Below the pieces are notes generated by a model that worked only from the letters and a program-made list of their open reading frames with translations, did not search any database and was not told the DNA's origin. Of a DNA stretch of 64,000 bases, positions 8,493-17,292 are shown one piece after another. Numbering within the stretch: position 1 is the stretch's first letter; every line of letters starts with the position of its first letter. This DNA comes from Odoribacter sp. (GTDB lineage: Bacteria > Bacteroidota > Bacteroidia > Bacteroidales > Marinifilaceae): assembly GCA_036657595.1 (NCBI GenBank), contig JAVXFZ010000008.1, positions 108 through 64,107 on the forward strand, written 5' to 3'. Position numbers and translations under genes: made by a program.

Positions 8493-9452
8493 TTAATCGT
8501 AATGCATCGTTATTTTAGAACCATAATGCCGATCTTCCAGTTTTGTCGCTTCTGTGATGACGGCTTTGTCGCCTCCTTTTTCAACGAATGACAGACACGC
8601 CCGGATTTTAGGGGCCATACTGCCTTCGCCAAATGTACCGGCTTCAAGGTATTTCATTGTGTCTGCATAATCCAAAAACTCCAATATTTCTTGGGTGGGT
8701 TTGTGGAAGTCTTTATATATATAAGGTACGTCTGTCAAAATGTACAGTTCGTCTGCTTTCACACGAGCGCCGATCATTGCTGATGCTAAATCTTTGTCGA
8801 TGACTCCTTCTAAAGGCTGTAACATATCGTCACCGTCTACATATACCGGAATGCCACCGCCACCGCCGGTGATGACGATGCTACCGGAACGGGCTATTTG
8901 TTCCACTAAGGCAGCATTTTTAAAATCTATTGGGGCAGGAGAGGGGACGACTCGTCTCCAGCCGCCTTCTACTTTGATTTCTTCTTTGAATATCCAACCG
9001 TGTTCGGTCGATAATTTATTGGCTTCTTCTTGGGAATATATTTTGCCTACCCGTTTGGTCGGATTCTTCATAGCCGGATCGTTTTTGTCGACCACTACTT
9101 GCGAGATCATTGATACAACATCGCGTTCTAAGTTGTATTTTTTCAAAATATTCCGCAGATTTCGTTCGATCATATATCCGATTTCTCCTTGTGAATATGC
9201 AACGCACATATCCAATGACATAGGAGGAAGTCCGTACATTTTCACACCGGCATCATCACTCATCAGGATGTTTCCGACCTGTGGTCCGTTGCCGTGAGTG
9301 ATAATCAAATTGTATCCTTCTCGGACAAGATAGATCAGATTCTCCAGTGTTTCCCGGATATTCTGATTTTGTTCCTCTACGGTTCCTTTTTGATTTCCCC
9401 GAAGGATAGCGTTTCCTCCCAACGCTACGACAGCTAATTTGGTCTCTTTCAT
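8493..9452 (-). CDS. arcC: Carbamate kinase
   Basis: Likely start ATG 9452, MKETKLAVVALGGNA; THGNGPQVG, RRVVPSP, GGGGIPV, VIDKD, GSMAPKI motifs. Confidence 0.93.
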   Translation of the reverse strand: MKETKLAVVALGGNAILRGNQKGTVEEQNQNIRETLENLIYLVREGYNLIITHGNGPQVGNILMSDDAGVKMYGLPPMSLDMCVAYSQGEIGYMIERNLRNILKKYNLERDVVSMISQVVVDKNDPAMKNPTKRVGKIYSQEEANKLSTEHGWIFKEEIKVEGGWRRVVPSPAPIDFKNAALVEQIARSGSIVITGGGGGIPVYVDGDDMLQPLEGVIDKDLASAMIGARVKADELYILTDVPYIYKDFHKPTQEILEFLDYADTMKYLEAGTFGEGSMAPKIRACLSFVEKGGDKAVITEATKLEDRHYGSKITMHYD

Positions 9453-9788
9453 TATAATTATTTTAAATGATTCAAATGATTTTAAATCCTGCATCGGTTA
9501 TATTTTCTTTTTTTCATTTCTTCGGCAGGATTAAAAAACGTTTTTTAGCGATGTGATGATTCTTTTTCATCGACATCTTGTTGTACAAATTTAGAAAATT
9601 AAGCGCGAAAAAAAATAGCCAAATGACTATTTGTTGTGAATGTAAACAATTGAAAATCAAGTGTTGGTATAATTATTCCATTGATTTTTATAATTATGCG
9701 GCGTAAAATGCCACATTAGGAGGCTGTTATGTAAAAATCAAGCGACACTCCGTATGATCCTTTATGGATGATTTTGGCATTTCCTTGT

Positions 9789-9902
9789 CATCTATCTCTT
9801 CGCTATTTAGCAAAAAGGATTCCATAAGCGTCTAAATAGCTTATACCGTACTTTTCGTTTCACTTTATACCGGCTTTAGAACTATTTTGAAAGCACTTTA
9901 TG
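9789..9902 (+). repeat. Dispersed 114-bp repeat with ~11-bp internal period, copy A
   Basis: Ungapped manual alignment to the reverse complement of 39290-39403 gives 71/114 identities; units CTTTATACCGG/CTTTAGAACTA/TTTTGAAAGCA/CTTTATG. Confidence 0.7.
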
Positions 9903-10047
9903 TAGGAATAGAGGTAGTGATGATGAGGTGTTTATAGGTGACGGTGGTGGCAAAAAGGATCGCCGGAATAGAAGTGAATGAAAATAGGGCTGTCTGTCAT
10001 TTAAATATTAAACTTTTTTTCTGTTTTCTGCTTTTCGCTTTTTTTCT

Positions 10048-10055
10048 TATCTTTG
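10048..10055 (+). promoter_or_regulatory. -7 promoter box for the ftsB-ruvX-def unit
   Basis: TATCTTTG, 7 nt before the ATG at 10063. Confidence 0.6.
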
Positions 10056-10062
10056 CAAGCCT

Positions 10063-10377
10063 ATGGAGGAGAATGATAATAATACGAAACAACGGCCTTT
10101 GTTCAGAACATTTATGAACAAATATACAGTCACGTTGCTTATTTTTGTCGTGTGGCTTGCTTTTTTTGATCGTAATAATTTGGTCGATAAGATACAATTA
10201 CGTGGCAAGATCGCGACGTTGAAAAAGGAAAAGACTTATTATCAGGAGAAGATTGAGGAGGATAATCGTAAGATGAAAGAATTGCTCAGTAATAAGCATA
10301 ATTTGGAGAAGTTTGCCCGAGAGCAGTATTTGATGAAAAATCCGAATGAGGAAATCTTTGTAATTGTTAATGAATAA
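10063..10377 (+). CDS. ftsB: Septum formation initiator family protein (FtsB/DivIC)
   Basis: Single TM (NKYTVTLLIFVVWLAFFD), coiled coil, LEKFAREQYLMK motif. Confidence 0.8.
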   Translation: MEENDNNTKQRPLFRTFMNKYTVTLLIFVVWLAFFDRNNLVDKIQLRGKIATLKKEKTYYQEKIEEDNRKMKELLSNKHNLEKFAREQYLMKNPNEEIFVIVNE

Positions 10378-10810
10378 AGAGGTGGGAAGAATACTGGCGA
10401 TTGATTATGGAAAGAAGAGAGTAGGAGTAGCGGTCAGTGATCCGTCGGGAATCATTGCCACCGGTCTTCAAACGGTTGCCTCACACGAAATTCTTCTATT
10501 TCTTCAGCAGTATGTAGAGCGTGAAAAAGTAGATCTTTTTGTGGTGGGTCATCCGAAGCAAATGGACAATACTGATTCTGAATGTATGGTTTATATTAAA
10601 CCGTTTCTTCAGGGATTAAAGCGTCGATTTCCGAATATTCCGATCGTTATGTATGACGAACGGTTTACGTCGGTATTGGCTCACAGGGCACTGATAGAAG
10701 GGGGCGCAAAGAAAAAGACACGACAGGATAAAGGCTTGGTTGATACGATGAGTGCGACGATTATACTGACTTCGTATATGGAGCAACAAAGAAATTTGAA
10801 AATAGAATAA
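10370..10810 (+). CDS. ruvX: Holliday junction resolvase-like / pre-16S rRNA nuclease YqgF
   Basis: RILAIDYGKKRVGVAVSD, DERFTS, VDTMSA motifs. Confidence 0.92.
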   Translation: MNKEVGRILAIDYGKKRVGVAVSDPSGIIATGLQTVASHEILLFLQQYVEREKVDLFVVGHPKQMDNTDSECMVYIKPFLQGLKRRFPNIPIVMYDERFTSVLAHRALIEGGAKKKTRQDKGLVDTMSATIILTSYMEQQRNLKIE

Positions 10811-10841
10811 TATTATCATTAATTGTAAATTTGATATATCT

Positions 10842-11396
10842 ATGTTTTTACCAATAGTTGTTTATGGACATCCGATATTACGAAAAACGGCAGAGAATAT
10901 TTCGATGGATTATCCGGAGTTGGATAAGTTTATTCGGGATCTGTTTTATACGATGGATGAAGCCGATGGTGTAGGTTTGGCAGCTCCTCAGGTGGGACGT
11001 AGTATCAGAGTTTTTACTGTTGACGGGGATGCTTTTGAAGAAGTTGATCCGGAGTGTAAGGGGTTTCGTAAAGTGTTTATCAATGCGCAGATCACTGAGC
11101 GGTGGGGCGAAGAGGTGTGTCGCAATGAAGGATGTCTGAGCGTTCCGGGGATACACGAGGATGTGAAGCGGCAAGATCATATCCGAATCAGTTATATGGA
11201 TGAGAAGGGGCAGCAGTTGGAGGAGGAGTATTCGGGCATAAAGGCTTGGATTATTCAGCATGAATACGATCATTTGGAGGGCGTTTTGTTTACCGATCAT
11301 CTTTCGGGTTTGAAAAAGAGGATATTGAAAAATAAGCTCAGTAATATCAGTCTCGGAAAGTTTAAGGCTACTTATCGCATTATTTTACCTAAATAA
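10842..11396 (+). CDS. def: Peptide deformylase
   Basis: GVGLAAPQVG, EGCLS, QHEYDHLEG motifs. Confidence 0.97.
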   Translation: MFLPIVVYGHPILRKTAENISMDYPELDKFIRDLFYTMDEADGVGLAAPQVGRSIRVFTVDGDAFEEVDPECKGFRKVFINAQITERWGEEVCRNEGCLSVPGIHEDVKRQDHIRISYMDEKGQQLEEEYSGIKAWIIQHEYDHLEGVLFTDHLSGLKKRILKNKLSNISLGKFKATYRIILPK

Positions 11397-11522
11397 TTTG
11401 TCCGGGGAAAGGTGCTGTCATTGGAAATAATTTTGTAATTTTCACGAAATTATTTTCAACGATTTATTTATGCGTGTGTAGATTTTAATTTTAAATATCC
11501 TTTTCTATACCTGCTGGCAGCA

Positions 11523-13415
11523 TTGGTTGTAGGAATCCTGAGCAATGACGATGGCGCATTGCCGGTGGAATGTTTTTATGTATCGCTGGCATTTTCATTT
11601 TTTCTTTTCTTTTCCGGAATTCGTCGAATTTGGGTGGATTTATGCTTTTTGTTTACGCTGTTTTGTTGTGGACAGTTGGTTTCATCGGTTCCTTCTTTTT
11701 TACCGAATCCGGAGACGGTGTATTTTTTGAAAAGCCGTTGTGAGGAGCAATTGCCGCATCACAATTATATTCTTTCCGTTGGGGGTCAGAAATTTTATTT
11801 GAGCCGTTTTTATGTGGATCGTATGGAGTTGCAGCCCGGTGATTCGCTTTGTTTTCGGAGCAAGTTATTCCCTCTTTTAGAGAATGCCAATCCCGGTGAG
11901 TTTAGTTATGCGCGTTATTTGAAACAGCAGGGTGTACGGGCTCGCGTTGTTCCTGTGACGGATTTGGAGCGGACGGGGCATTCTCATACGATTTATTCTT
12001 TTTTCAATCATTTGCGTGAGAATTTGTTGGCAAAGACGGCTGTTTTGGTAAAGGATTCTTTGTCGCGCAGGTTGATTGATGCTTTGTGTTTGGGATATAG
12101 GAATGATTTGGACAGTGAATTGCAGGATTTGTTTGTTTCGACGGGGACGGTGCATTTGCTTTCGGTTTCAGGTCTGCATACGGGAGCTATTTATTTGTTG
12201 CTTTTGTTTGTTTTTAAGCAGATGGGGTGTAGGGGTCGGAAAAGTGAATGGGCGGTGATTCCGTTGCTTTGGGGATATGCTTGTTTGACGGGTTTGTCGC
12301 CTTCTGTGATTCGGGCGGCAACTATTTTGTCGTTTATCACTGTCGGGAAGATGTTTTGCCGGACGAATACGGCTTTAAATTCGGTGGCTGCCGCCGCTTT
12401 TTTCTCTTTGCTGATTCAGCCATCGGCTATTTATTCGCTGAGTTTTTTGATGTCGTATGCCGCTTATTCGGGTATTGTTCTTCTTTATCCTTTTTTATTT
12501 CGCTTGCCCGGAAGGTTGCCGCCACTTGTCTCTAAAGTGTATGCCTGTTGTTGTGTCACGATTGCCGCGCAGTTGCCGACGTTGCCGATTAGTGCTTTTT
12601 ATTTTCATACGATTAATATCAATGGTTTTTTGGCAAATATGGTGGCTGTGCCTCTTTCGACTGTTCTTTTGTATAGTGCCGCTGTTTTGTTGGTTTTACC
12701 TGTTTTTGTCGGTCAATTTTTGGTCCCTGTCGTTGAAGGTATGAGTCGGTTGTTGGTTGGTTTTTTGCATTTTTTTGAGCCGTTTAGTCTGAATGTCTGT
12801 GATGTATATCCTTCTCCTTTTGCCATTTTCCTTTTGTATTTTTGTTTGATTTTTGTTAGTTTTTTTTTGATGTATCCGCAGCGTATCTGGCGGGTGGGAG
12901 CGATTGTTTCTCTGTCGTTGTTGTTGGTTTGTTTGATTACGACGAATTTAGTTGTGGGGTCTCGTCGGGAGATGGTGGTGTTTCATATTCGCCAACAATC
13001 TGTTGTTTTGTTGAATGATGGTGGATGTTATAGTTTTTTGAAAGTGACTGTTCCGGTACCTACTGTTGCTTTTCCTTATATTCGGCAAAATAAGTTGGAA
13101 GCTTTGCCGGCGCATAGGGGTTTGTTGGCTGACTTTTTGTTTCAGGATAATTTTTATCTTCACGAGCAGGATACTATTTTGATTGCGGATCGGGTGCATT
13201 GTGTTTATAAAGCCTGTCATATTTTGATTGTTACTGATAATCTGTTGCCTGCCGTCGTATTTAAAAATTGTTCGGATGGTTTTCCATCGCAGATTGTTGT
13301 AGATGGATCGAATGGTGTATTTCAGGTGTCGAAATGGAAAACGTTTTGCGAACAAAGTCGTATTACATTTTTCAGTACAGCGGAATGTGGCAGTATAAAG
13401 CTCTCCTTAAAATAA
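11523..13415 (+). CDS. comEC: ComEC/Rec2 family competence protein (start uncertain)
   Basis: NPGEFSYARYL, GTVHLLSVSGLH, GLSPSVIRA, SFLMSYAA motifs, many TMs; frame open back to ~11439 with no ATG. Confidence 0.85.
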   Translation: MVVGILSNDDGALPVECFYVSLAFSFFLFFSGIRRIWVDLCFLFTLFCCGQLVSSVPSFLPNPETVYFLKSRCEEQLPHHNYILSVGGQKFYLSRFYVDRMELQPGDSLCFRSKLFPLLENANPGEFSYARYLKQQGVRARVVPVTDLERTGHSHTIYSFFNHLRENLLAKTAVLVKDSLSRRLIDALCLGYRNDLDSELQDLFVSTGTVHLLSVSGLHTGAIYLLLLFVFKQMGCRGRKSEWAVIPLLWGYACLTGLSPSVIRAATILSFITVGKMFCRTNTALNSVAAAAFFSLLIQPSAIYSLSFLMSYAAYSGIVLLYPFLFRLPGRLPPLVSKVYACCCVTIAAQLPTLPISAFYFHTININGFLANMVAVPLSTVLLYSAAVLLVLPVFVGQFLVPVVEGMSRLLVGFLHFFEPFSLNVCDVYPSPFAIFLLYFCLIFVSFFLMYPQRIWRVGAIVSLSLLLVCLITTNLVVGSRREMVVFHIRQQSVVLLNDGGCYSFLKVTVPVPTVAFPYIRQNKLEALPAHRGLLADFLFQDNFYLHEQDTILIADRVHCVYKACHILIVTDNLLPAVVFKNCSDGFPSQIVVDGSNGVFQVSKWKTFCEQSRITFFSTAECGSIKLSLK

Positions 13416-13450
13416 ATTGAGCGTTTCTGTCGTTATCCTATAATTTTAGC

Positions 13451-13458
13451 TAATTTTG
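13451..13458 (+). promoter_or_regulatory. -7 promoter box for trkAH
   Basis: TAATTTTG upstream of trkA. Confidence 0.45.
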
Positions 13459-13586
13459 CCATTAAATAGATAAGTAGCGCCAATGAATGATTGCGGTATT
13501 TTGATGTTTTTAATAGCTTTTTTTTAATAGCTTAGAAAAGTAGTAAATAAGTCAATGGACTTTAAACACCAAAAATTTCGTTAAAA

Positions 13587-14927
13587 ATGAATATTGTTAT
13601 CGCCGGAGCCGGAGCCGTTGGAACACATTTGGCTAAAATGCTTAGCCGGCAAGAGCATAATATTATGTTGATTGATTCGGATCAGGAAAAGTTGGAGGAT
13701 TTGGAAAGTGAGATCGACATTCTTTCTATTGTGGGTTCTTGTACTTCTATTGGTGCATTGAAAGATGCGGAAGTGGGGAAGTGTGATTTATATATTGCTG
13801 TCAATTCGTTGGAGGATCAAAATATAAATTCTGCGATTTTGGCAAAGAAATTAGGGGCGAAAAGGACGATTGCGCGGGTGAATAATAGTGAGTATCTGGA
13901 AACGGAAAATGCGGAATATCTCCGTTCTATTGGGATTGATTCGTTGATTTATCCCGAGCGGTTGGCAGCGGAGGAGATTGTTGCTTCGCTGAAGCAGATC
14001 GGATCGCGGCAGATGCACGAGTTTTCTGACGGGCGTCTGCAATTAGTCGGGATCAAGTTGTGGGATAATGCGCTGATTTTAAATCATACTTTGATTAAGA
14101 TGGCGGAGATATATGGAGCAGATCAATTTCGAATTGTTGCGATCAAACGTCAGAATCGTACGATCATACCGAGAGGTAATGATGGGTTGCAATATGGCGA
14201 CTTGGTTTTTATTGTGACGCGTCCTTCGTATATTCCCAATGTGTTTGAACTTTGCGGGAAGGAGCAGTTTGAGATTAAAAATATTGTGATCGTTGGGGCA
14301 TCGCGGATTGGTATTAAGACCGCTTCTTTGCTTGAAAAACATTATAATGTAAAGATTATTGAGAAGGATCGGGAGAAGTGTATTCAGTTGGCTGATAAGT
14401 TGAAATCGACTTTGGTGATTAATGGGGATGGACGTGATTTGACTCTTTTGCGGGAGGAGGGAATTAAGAACATTGATGCATTTATCAGTTTGACGGGTTC
14501 TTCGGAAACGAATATTTTGTCTTGTTTGTTGGCGAAGAAGATGGGGGTGAAGAAGAGTGTGGCAGAGGTGGAAAATATTGATTATATTGATTTGGCGGAG
14601 AATATTGGTATCGGCACGTTGGTGAATACGAAATTGATCGCTGCTTCTCATATTTATCGTTATACGATGAATGTTGATGTGAAGCATTTGAAGTTTTTGA
14701 CTTTTTCGGAGGCGGAAGTCTTTGAGTTGGAAGCGCAGCCCGGTTCTAAAATTACTCGCCATCCGTTGCAAGATATTCATTTTCCGGATGACGCGACTGT
14801 CGGAGGTGTGTTTCGGGGAGATGAAACGCTCATTGCCAAGGGTGATGTGCAGATACAGGCAGGCGATAATGTGGTTATTTTTGCTTTACAGAGTGCTGTA
14901 AAGAAAGTGATTAAATATTTTCAGTAG
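13587..14927 (+). CDS. trkA: Trk K+ uptake system NAD-binding subunit
   Basis: Two RCK modules (IAGAGAVG; IVGASRIG), 446 aa. Confidence 0.93.
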   Translation: MNIVIAGAGAVGTHLAKMLSRQEHNIMLIDSDQEKLEDLESEIDILSIVGSCTSIGALKDAEVGKCDLYIAVNSLEDQNINSAILAKKLGAKRTIARVNNSEYLETENAEYLRSIGIDSLIYPERLAAEEIVASLKQIGSRQMHEFSDGRLQLVGIKLWDNALILNHTLIKMAEIYGADQFRIVAIKRQNRTIIPRGNDGLQYGDLVFIVTRPSYIPNVFELCGKEQFEIKNIVIVGASRIGIKTASLLEKHYNVKIIEKDREKCIQLADKLKSTLVINGDGRDLTLLREEGIKNIDAFISLTGSSETNILSCLLAKKMGVKKSVAEVENIDYIDLAENIGIGTLVNTKLIAASHIYRYTMNVDVKHLKFLTFSEAEVFELEAQPGSKITRHPLQDIHFPDDATVGGVFRGDETLIAKGDVQIQAGDNVVIFALQSAVKKVIKYFQ

Positions 14928-14989
14928 TTTCCCGTGTGAGTAGAAACGGAATGTGCTGATAGAAATTATAAATTGATTTATTTCCGGAA

Positions 14990-16441
14990 ATGATAAACTT
15001 TCGTTTCATCGTCAATCTGATGGGAAGACTCTTGCTCGTGGAGAGTGTCTTTTTGTCGTTGTGTATAGTTATTGCTTTGTTGTATGGGGAATCGGATACG
15101 ATGGCATTTTTGTATGCTACCCTTATTACGATGGGTGCAGGGGGATGCCTGATTTTGGGTGTGAATATTAAGGATCGGGTATTGGCAAAGAAAGACGGTT
15201 ATTTTATGGTGACGATGGTGTGGGTGGTTTTTTCGCTGTTTGGTGCTTTGCCTTTTATGCTGGGAGGGACGATTCCGTCTTTTGTGGATGCCTTTTTTGA
15301 AACGATGTCCGGTTTTACGACTACCGGTTCGTCGATATTGACGAATGTGGAGGCTTTACCGCACGCTACTCTTTTTTGGCGTTCTTTGACGCAATGGTTG
15401 GGTGGATTAGGGATTATTATGTTGTTTATCGCTATTCTTCCCAGCTTGGGAATAGAGGGGCGTGATTTGTATGTGGCGGAGGTGACCGGACCTACGCATA
15501 GTAAATCGTCTTTTACTTTTGCTGCTACTGCCCGTAGGATGTGGGTGCTTTATACTGTTATGACTGTTCTCCAAACGGTTCTGTTGATGTTTGGAGGGAT
15601 GGATTTATTCGATAGTGTTTGTCATTCTTTTGCGAGTATGGCAACGGGAGGATTCTCTACGAAGCAGGATAGTGTGGGATATTGGGATTCTGCTTATATT
15701 CAGTATGTGATCGTTGTGTTTATGTTTTTGGCGGGAAGTAATTTTGGTCTGCTGTATGCAGCTTTTGCACGGGGAGCTTGGCAGAAATTATTCAAGGATC
15801 GGGAGTTTCAGCTTTATTTTATGATTGCAGCTGTTGCCAGTGTGGTGATCGGTGGCGGATTGTATTTTACGGGTTGGGGAGATGCGGAAAAGAGTTTCCG
15901 GGATGCTATCTTTCAGGTTGTCACGTTGATGACGACGACCGGATTTGCTACTGCCGATTATTTGTTGTGGCCTCCTTTGTTGGGAATGATTCTGCTTTTA
16001 CTGTTTTTTATAGGTGCTTCTGCCGGTTCCACTTCCGGTGGTATTAAGGTGGTTCGGGTGTATCTGTTGTTTAAGAATTCATTTGGTGAATTAAAGCGGA
16101 TCATTCATCCCAATGCGATTATTAATGTGAAATATAATAATAAGACTGTCCATCCCAATGTGATGACGGGTATTATGGGCTTTGGAATTTTGTTTATGAT
16201 TATCTTTACGATTAGTAGTTTGATTATGACGCTTTTTACGGAAGATATTATGACAGCGTGTAGTGCGGTGATTACGAGTATGAGTAATGTCGGTCCGGCT
16301 TTCGGCAGTCTTGGACCGATGGATAATTTTTCGCAATTGGACGATTTTGCTAAAATTTTTCTGGCAATCCTGATGTTAGTGGGGCGTTTGGAGATCTTTA
16401 CGGTGATGGTGTTGTTCACTAAATCGTTCTGGAGGAAATAG
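14990..16441 (+). CDS. trkH: Trk K+ uptake membrane subunit
   Basis: FETMSGFTTTGSS, ATGGFS, TTTGF, SNVGPAFG pore motifs; GRLEI. Confidence 0.93.
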   Translation: MINFRFIVNLMGRLLLVESVFLSLCIVIALLYGESDTMAFLYATLITMGAGGCLILGVNIKDRVLAKKDGYFMVTMVWVVFSLFGALPFMLGGTIPSFVDAFFETMSGFTTTGSSILTNVEALPHATLFWRSLTQWLGGLGIIMLFIAILPSLGIEGRDLYVAEVTGPTHSKSSFTFAATARRMWVLYTVMTVLQTVLLMFGGMDLFDSVCHSFASMATGGFSTKQDSVGYWDSAYIQYVIVVFMFLAGSNFGLLYAAFARGAWQKLFKDREFQLYFMIAAVASVVIGGGLYFTGWGDAEKSFRDAIFQVVTLMTTTGFATADYLLWPPLLGMILLLLFFIGASAGSTSGGIKVVRVYLLFKNSFGELKRIIHPNAIINVKYNNKTVHPNVMTGIMGFGILFMIIFTISSLIMTLFTEDIMTACSAVITSMSNVGPAFGSLGPMDNFSQLDDFAKIFLAILMLVGRLEIFTVMVLFTKSFWRK

Positions 16442-16505
16442 GGCGATGGATGTAAACATTGTCTTTGGGTTTGACGTATAAAAAGGGACATTCATATTTA
16501 CGAAT

Positions 16506-17030
16506 ATGCGACGAATCAGTCTTTTATGGGTAGGGATGTTTTTTTTATTTTTGTCTGCCAATGCTCAGCATTTGCAGCCGATCACTCAGTTTGCTGTGAT
16601 TCGGCAGTTGGTCGATGCTAATCGTTTTGAAATGAGCTATACGATTGCAACCACCCATTATACTTTTTCTCTTCAGTCAACCACTCCTTATAGCGATCAG
16701 AATATTCGAATCGCTCAGGATAGTGCTTTTATTATCATTCAAGACAGTGTTGCTGCCGGTTATCTTCCTTATTTCGGAACCGGTTATTCGATGCCGCAAA
16801 CGGGGGCTAAGGGGATTGTTTTTAGTAATAAAATGCAGGATTTGACAAAATCGCTCAAGGGAAGGGGAAGGCGACAATCCATAGCTTATCAATTTTCTGT
16901 GGTGGGTAAAAATGATACCTATAAAGTCAGTATAGATATTCGGAGTAACGGACAGTGCTATCTTTTTATTAATAGTCTTCGGCGTAGTCCTATTTCATAT
17001 ATAGGGCAGGTGGTTGAAAAAGTTCAATAA
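16506..17030 (+). CDS. DUF4251 family secreted protein
   Basis: Signal peptide; DSVAAGYLPYFGTGY matches the family pattern as I recall it. Confidence 0.7.
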   Translation: MRRISLLWVGMFFLFLSANAQHLQPITQFAVIRQLVDANRFEMSYTIATTHYTFSLQSTTPYSDQNIRIAQDSAFIIIQDSVAAGYLPYFGTGYSMPQTGAKGIVFSNKMQDLTKSLKGRGRRQSIAYQFSVVGKNDTYKVSIDIRSNGQCYLFINSLRRSPISYIGQVVEKVQ

Positions 17031-17292
17031 GATAGCGGACAGCGGTGGTTGCTATTTTTTATTTATTCATAGAGGATAAAATCTATCTGATGGAGGATTT
17101 GAGGGTTGTGATTGTAAAAAAAATAAAATGAATAGTTAAAATAGAAGTTAGAAATACCACACCATCAGGGCATACCGATTAGTCTGCTAAAAAAGGTTTT
17201 TATAAATCATTTTTTTTATGTAATCTTGCAAATTAAATCGTGTGCGAATTTTTGAAAAGGAGTCACATTAATTATTAATAAAAAATTTTACT

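Noticed and set aside
12860-12868. Phase-variable poly-T tract in comEC
   Set aside because: A T9 run is expected in this very T-rich membrane-protein gene, and the frame is intact.
17085-17170. CTGATGG/CCATCAG inverted pair upstream of the carboxyltransferase gene
   Set aside because: Only 7 bp with ~70 nt of unstructured A-rich spacer; compatible with chance.
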